Origin: Nitrospinaceae bacterium
Lineage (GTDB): Bacteria; Nitrospinota; Nitrospinia; Nitrospinales; VA-1
Reading direction: 5' to 3'
DNA: 64,000 nt
Assembly: GCA_016763735.1 (NCBI GenBank)
Contig: JAESTE010000006.1
Span: 778-64,777, forward strand
The notes under the pieces are model-generated. The model did not search any database and was not told the DNA's origin. It saw nothing but the letters and a program-made list of their open reading frames with translations. A program made the translations under genes and the position numbers. Below, piece by piece: positions 63,202 to 64,000 of this stretch (position 1 is the first letter of the stretch; each line of letters begins with the position of its first letter).

Positions 63202-64000
63202 ATGGCGTCTGCGGCGTGCGTACCCATTGACTTTTCACGCGCCTTCTGCAGCAGCAGCCCGGTAGGAACCGCCTTGTTGGCCCGTCTGACCAAGAACCAT
63301 GCCCAGGTCGCGGCCGGCATACGCATCAACACAAAGGACGAGATGGGCTTCGTGTGCGACCTGTGTGTGTGGGCCGAGGCCGTGTACGCCCAGCCCAGTG
63401 TGAATGCCCGGACCGCCGAGTTGTGGTTCCAGTTTGACAACGGGTTCGAGTGCAACTGCATCTGGGCCCCGGTCGTGGCGTACACCGTGCGTTTGGTACA
63501 GCATGTGTTGCACCACGCCGTGGCCCAAGACCAGGACTTGGTCGAGACCACGTCGAGCCTGCGCGCACAGTGCCAAGCCCTGGTCACCTTGGTGGGCATT
63601 GTACGGTACGTGAACCTGCGGGTGCTGGACGTATGGACCGACGCCCCGCTCGCCGCCATGTCTCTTACCAAGGAAGGGATGAAGGCATTGGAGGGGGCAT
63701 GTTTGGCGTACCTGCTGTGGACCGAGTCGAGGATGTACCGCTCGCAGGCCAACACCTATGCCCAGACACTGGCCCAGTCCACGGGACTGGACCATGCCCA
63801 CCTGGACTGCACAAACGCCACCGAGCAGAAGGATCACACCACCGGGTTGGGGGCAGAACAGTGTCTGCTGGCGGCCGAAGCGTTGTTTGGGTGTTACATC
63901 ACGCTCCGGGACAAGGTGCCGTCGTCCATGAACCTGGGACCGGGTAGCACTCCCCTGATCAACCTGTGCACCAAGCGCCTGGACATGAAGGTGGGGCAGC
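63202..64000 (+). CDS. hypothetical protein, 3'-truncated by the window (not in the ORF track)
   Basis: ATG at 63202 (gaacacATGg) opens a frame with no stop to base 64000, at least 266 codons. It reads MASAACVPIDFSRAFCSSSPVGTALLARLTKNH... with strongly G/C-rich third positions. The listed ORFs here (63186..63755 minus, 63450..63947 plus) look like shadow frames. Confidence 0.6.
   Translation, partial: MASAACVPIDFSRAFCSSSPVGTALLARLTKNHAQVAAGIRINTKDEMGFVCDLCVWAEAVYAQPSVNARTAELWFQFDNGFECNCIWAPVVAYTVRLVQHVLHHAVAQDQDLVETTSSLRAQCQALVTLVGIVRYVNLRVLDVWTDAPLAAMSLTKEGMKALEGACLAYLLWTESRMYRSQANTYAQTLAQSTGLDHAHLDCTNATEQKDHTTGLGAEQCLLAAEALFGCYITLRDKVPSSMNLGPGSTPLINLCTKRLDMKVGQ

Noticed and set aside
1-64000. 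Bacterial, archaeal or phage interpretation (operons, Shine-Dalgarno sites, defence islands).
   Set aside because: Frame-restoring GT...AG introns are present, along with Kozak-like start contexts and poly(A) hexamers. The gene content is eukaryote-type (histone fold, ESCRT-III, EGF repeats, ankyrin, LRR). I did not see Shine-Dalgarno-like purine tracts before the starts I examined.

Overview
This window is GC-rich by eye (not computed) and very gene-dense, with about 40 protein-coding genes on both strands. Several convergent gene pairs overlap at or near their stop codons. It does not read as prokaryotic. Many start codons sit in ACCATG(G/A) Kozak-like contexts. AATAAA/ATTAAA hexamers overlap several stop codons. 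At least four short introns (58-83 nt, GTGAGT/GTACG...CAG) restore reading frames exactly. The ORF track translates GTG/TTG as M, so many listed ORF starts are too far upstream; I re-anchored them on the first ATG read from the nucleotides. Content is a mix of several kinds of gene. There are orphan genes, including two giant ORFs of about 2720 and 2127 aa. There is a block of membrane glycoproteins: an EGF-like repeat protein, a 1311-aa type I glycoprotein, and a multi-pass protein next to small type I proteins. There are two paralogous families. There are also highly diverged copies of eukaryotic genes. These are a histone H4 fold with a roughly 150-aa acidic/SPKK N-terminal tail, an ESCRT-III (CHMP2/Vps2-like Snf7) protein, a primase large-subunit-like Fe-S protein, a FEN1/XPG-like nuclease, an SLX1-like GIY-YIG nuclease, ankyrin and LRR proteins, and RING/zinc-finger proteins. 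Non-coding signals include about 30 copies of a GTCGAC(T) motif clustered in a subset of promoters. Two AT-richer imperfect palindromes stand out, one with 157-bp arms at 40.2-40.7 kb and one with 103-bp arms at 30.45-30.81 kb. My best reading is part of a nucleus-dependent large dsDNA virus of a eukaryote, or an integrated copy of one. The lineage cannot be assigned here because I recognised no capsid, DNA polymerase or packaging gene. All homology statements are by-eye motif matches against remembered reference sequences and need profile or structure searches.
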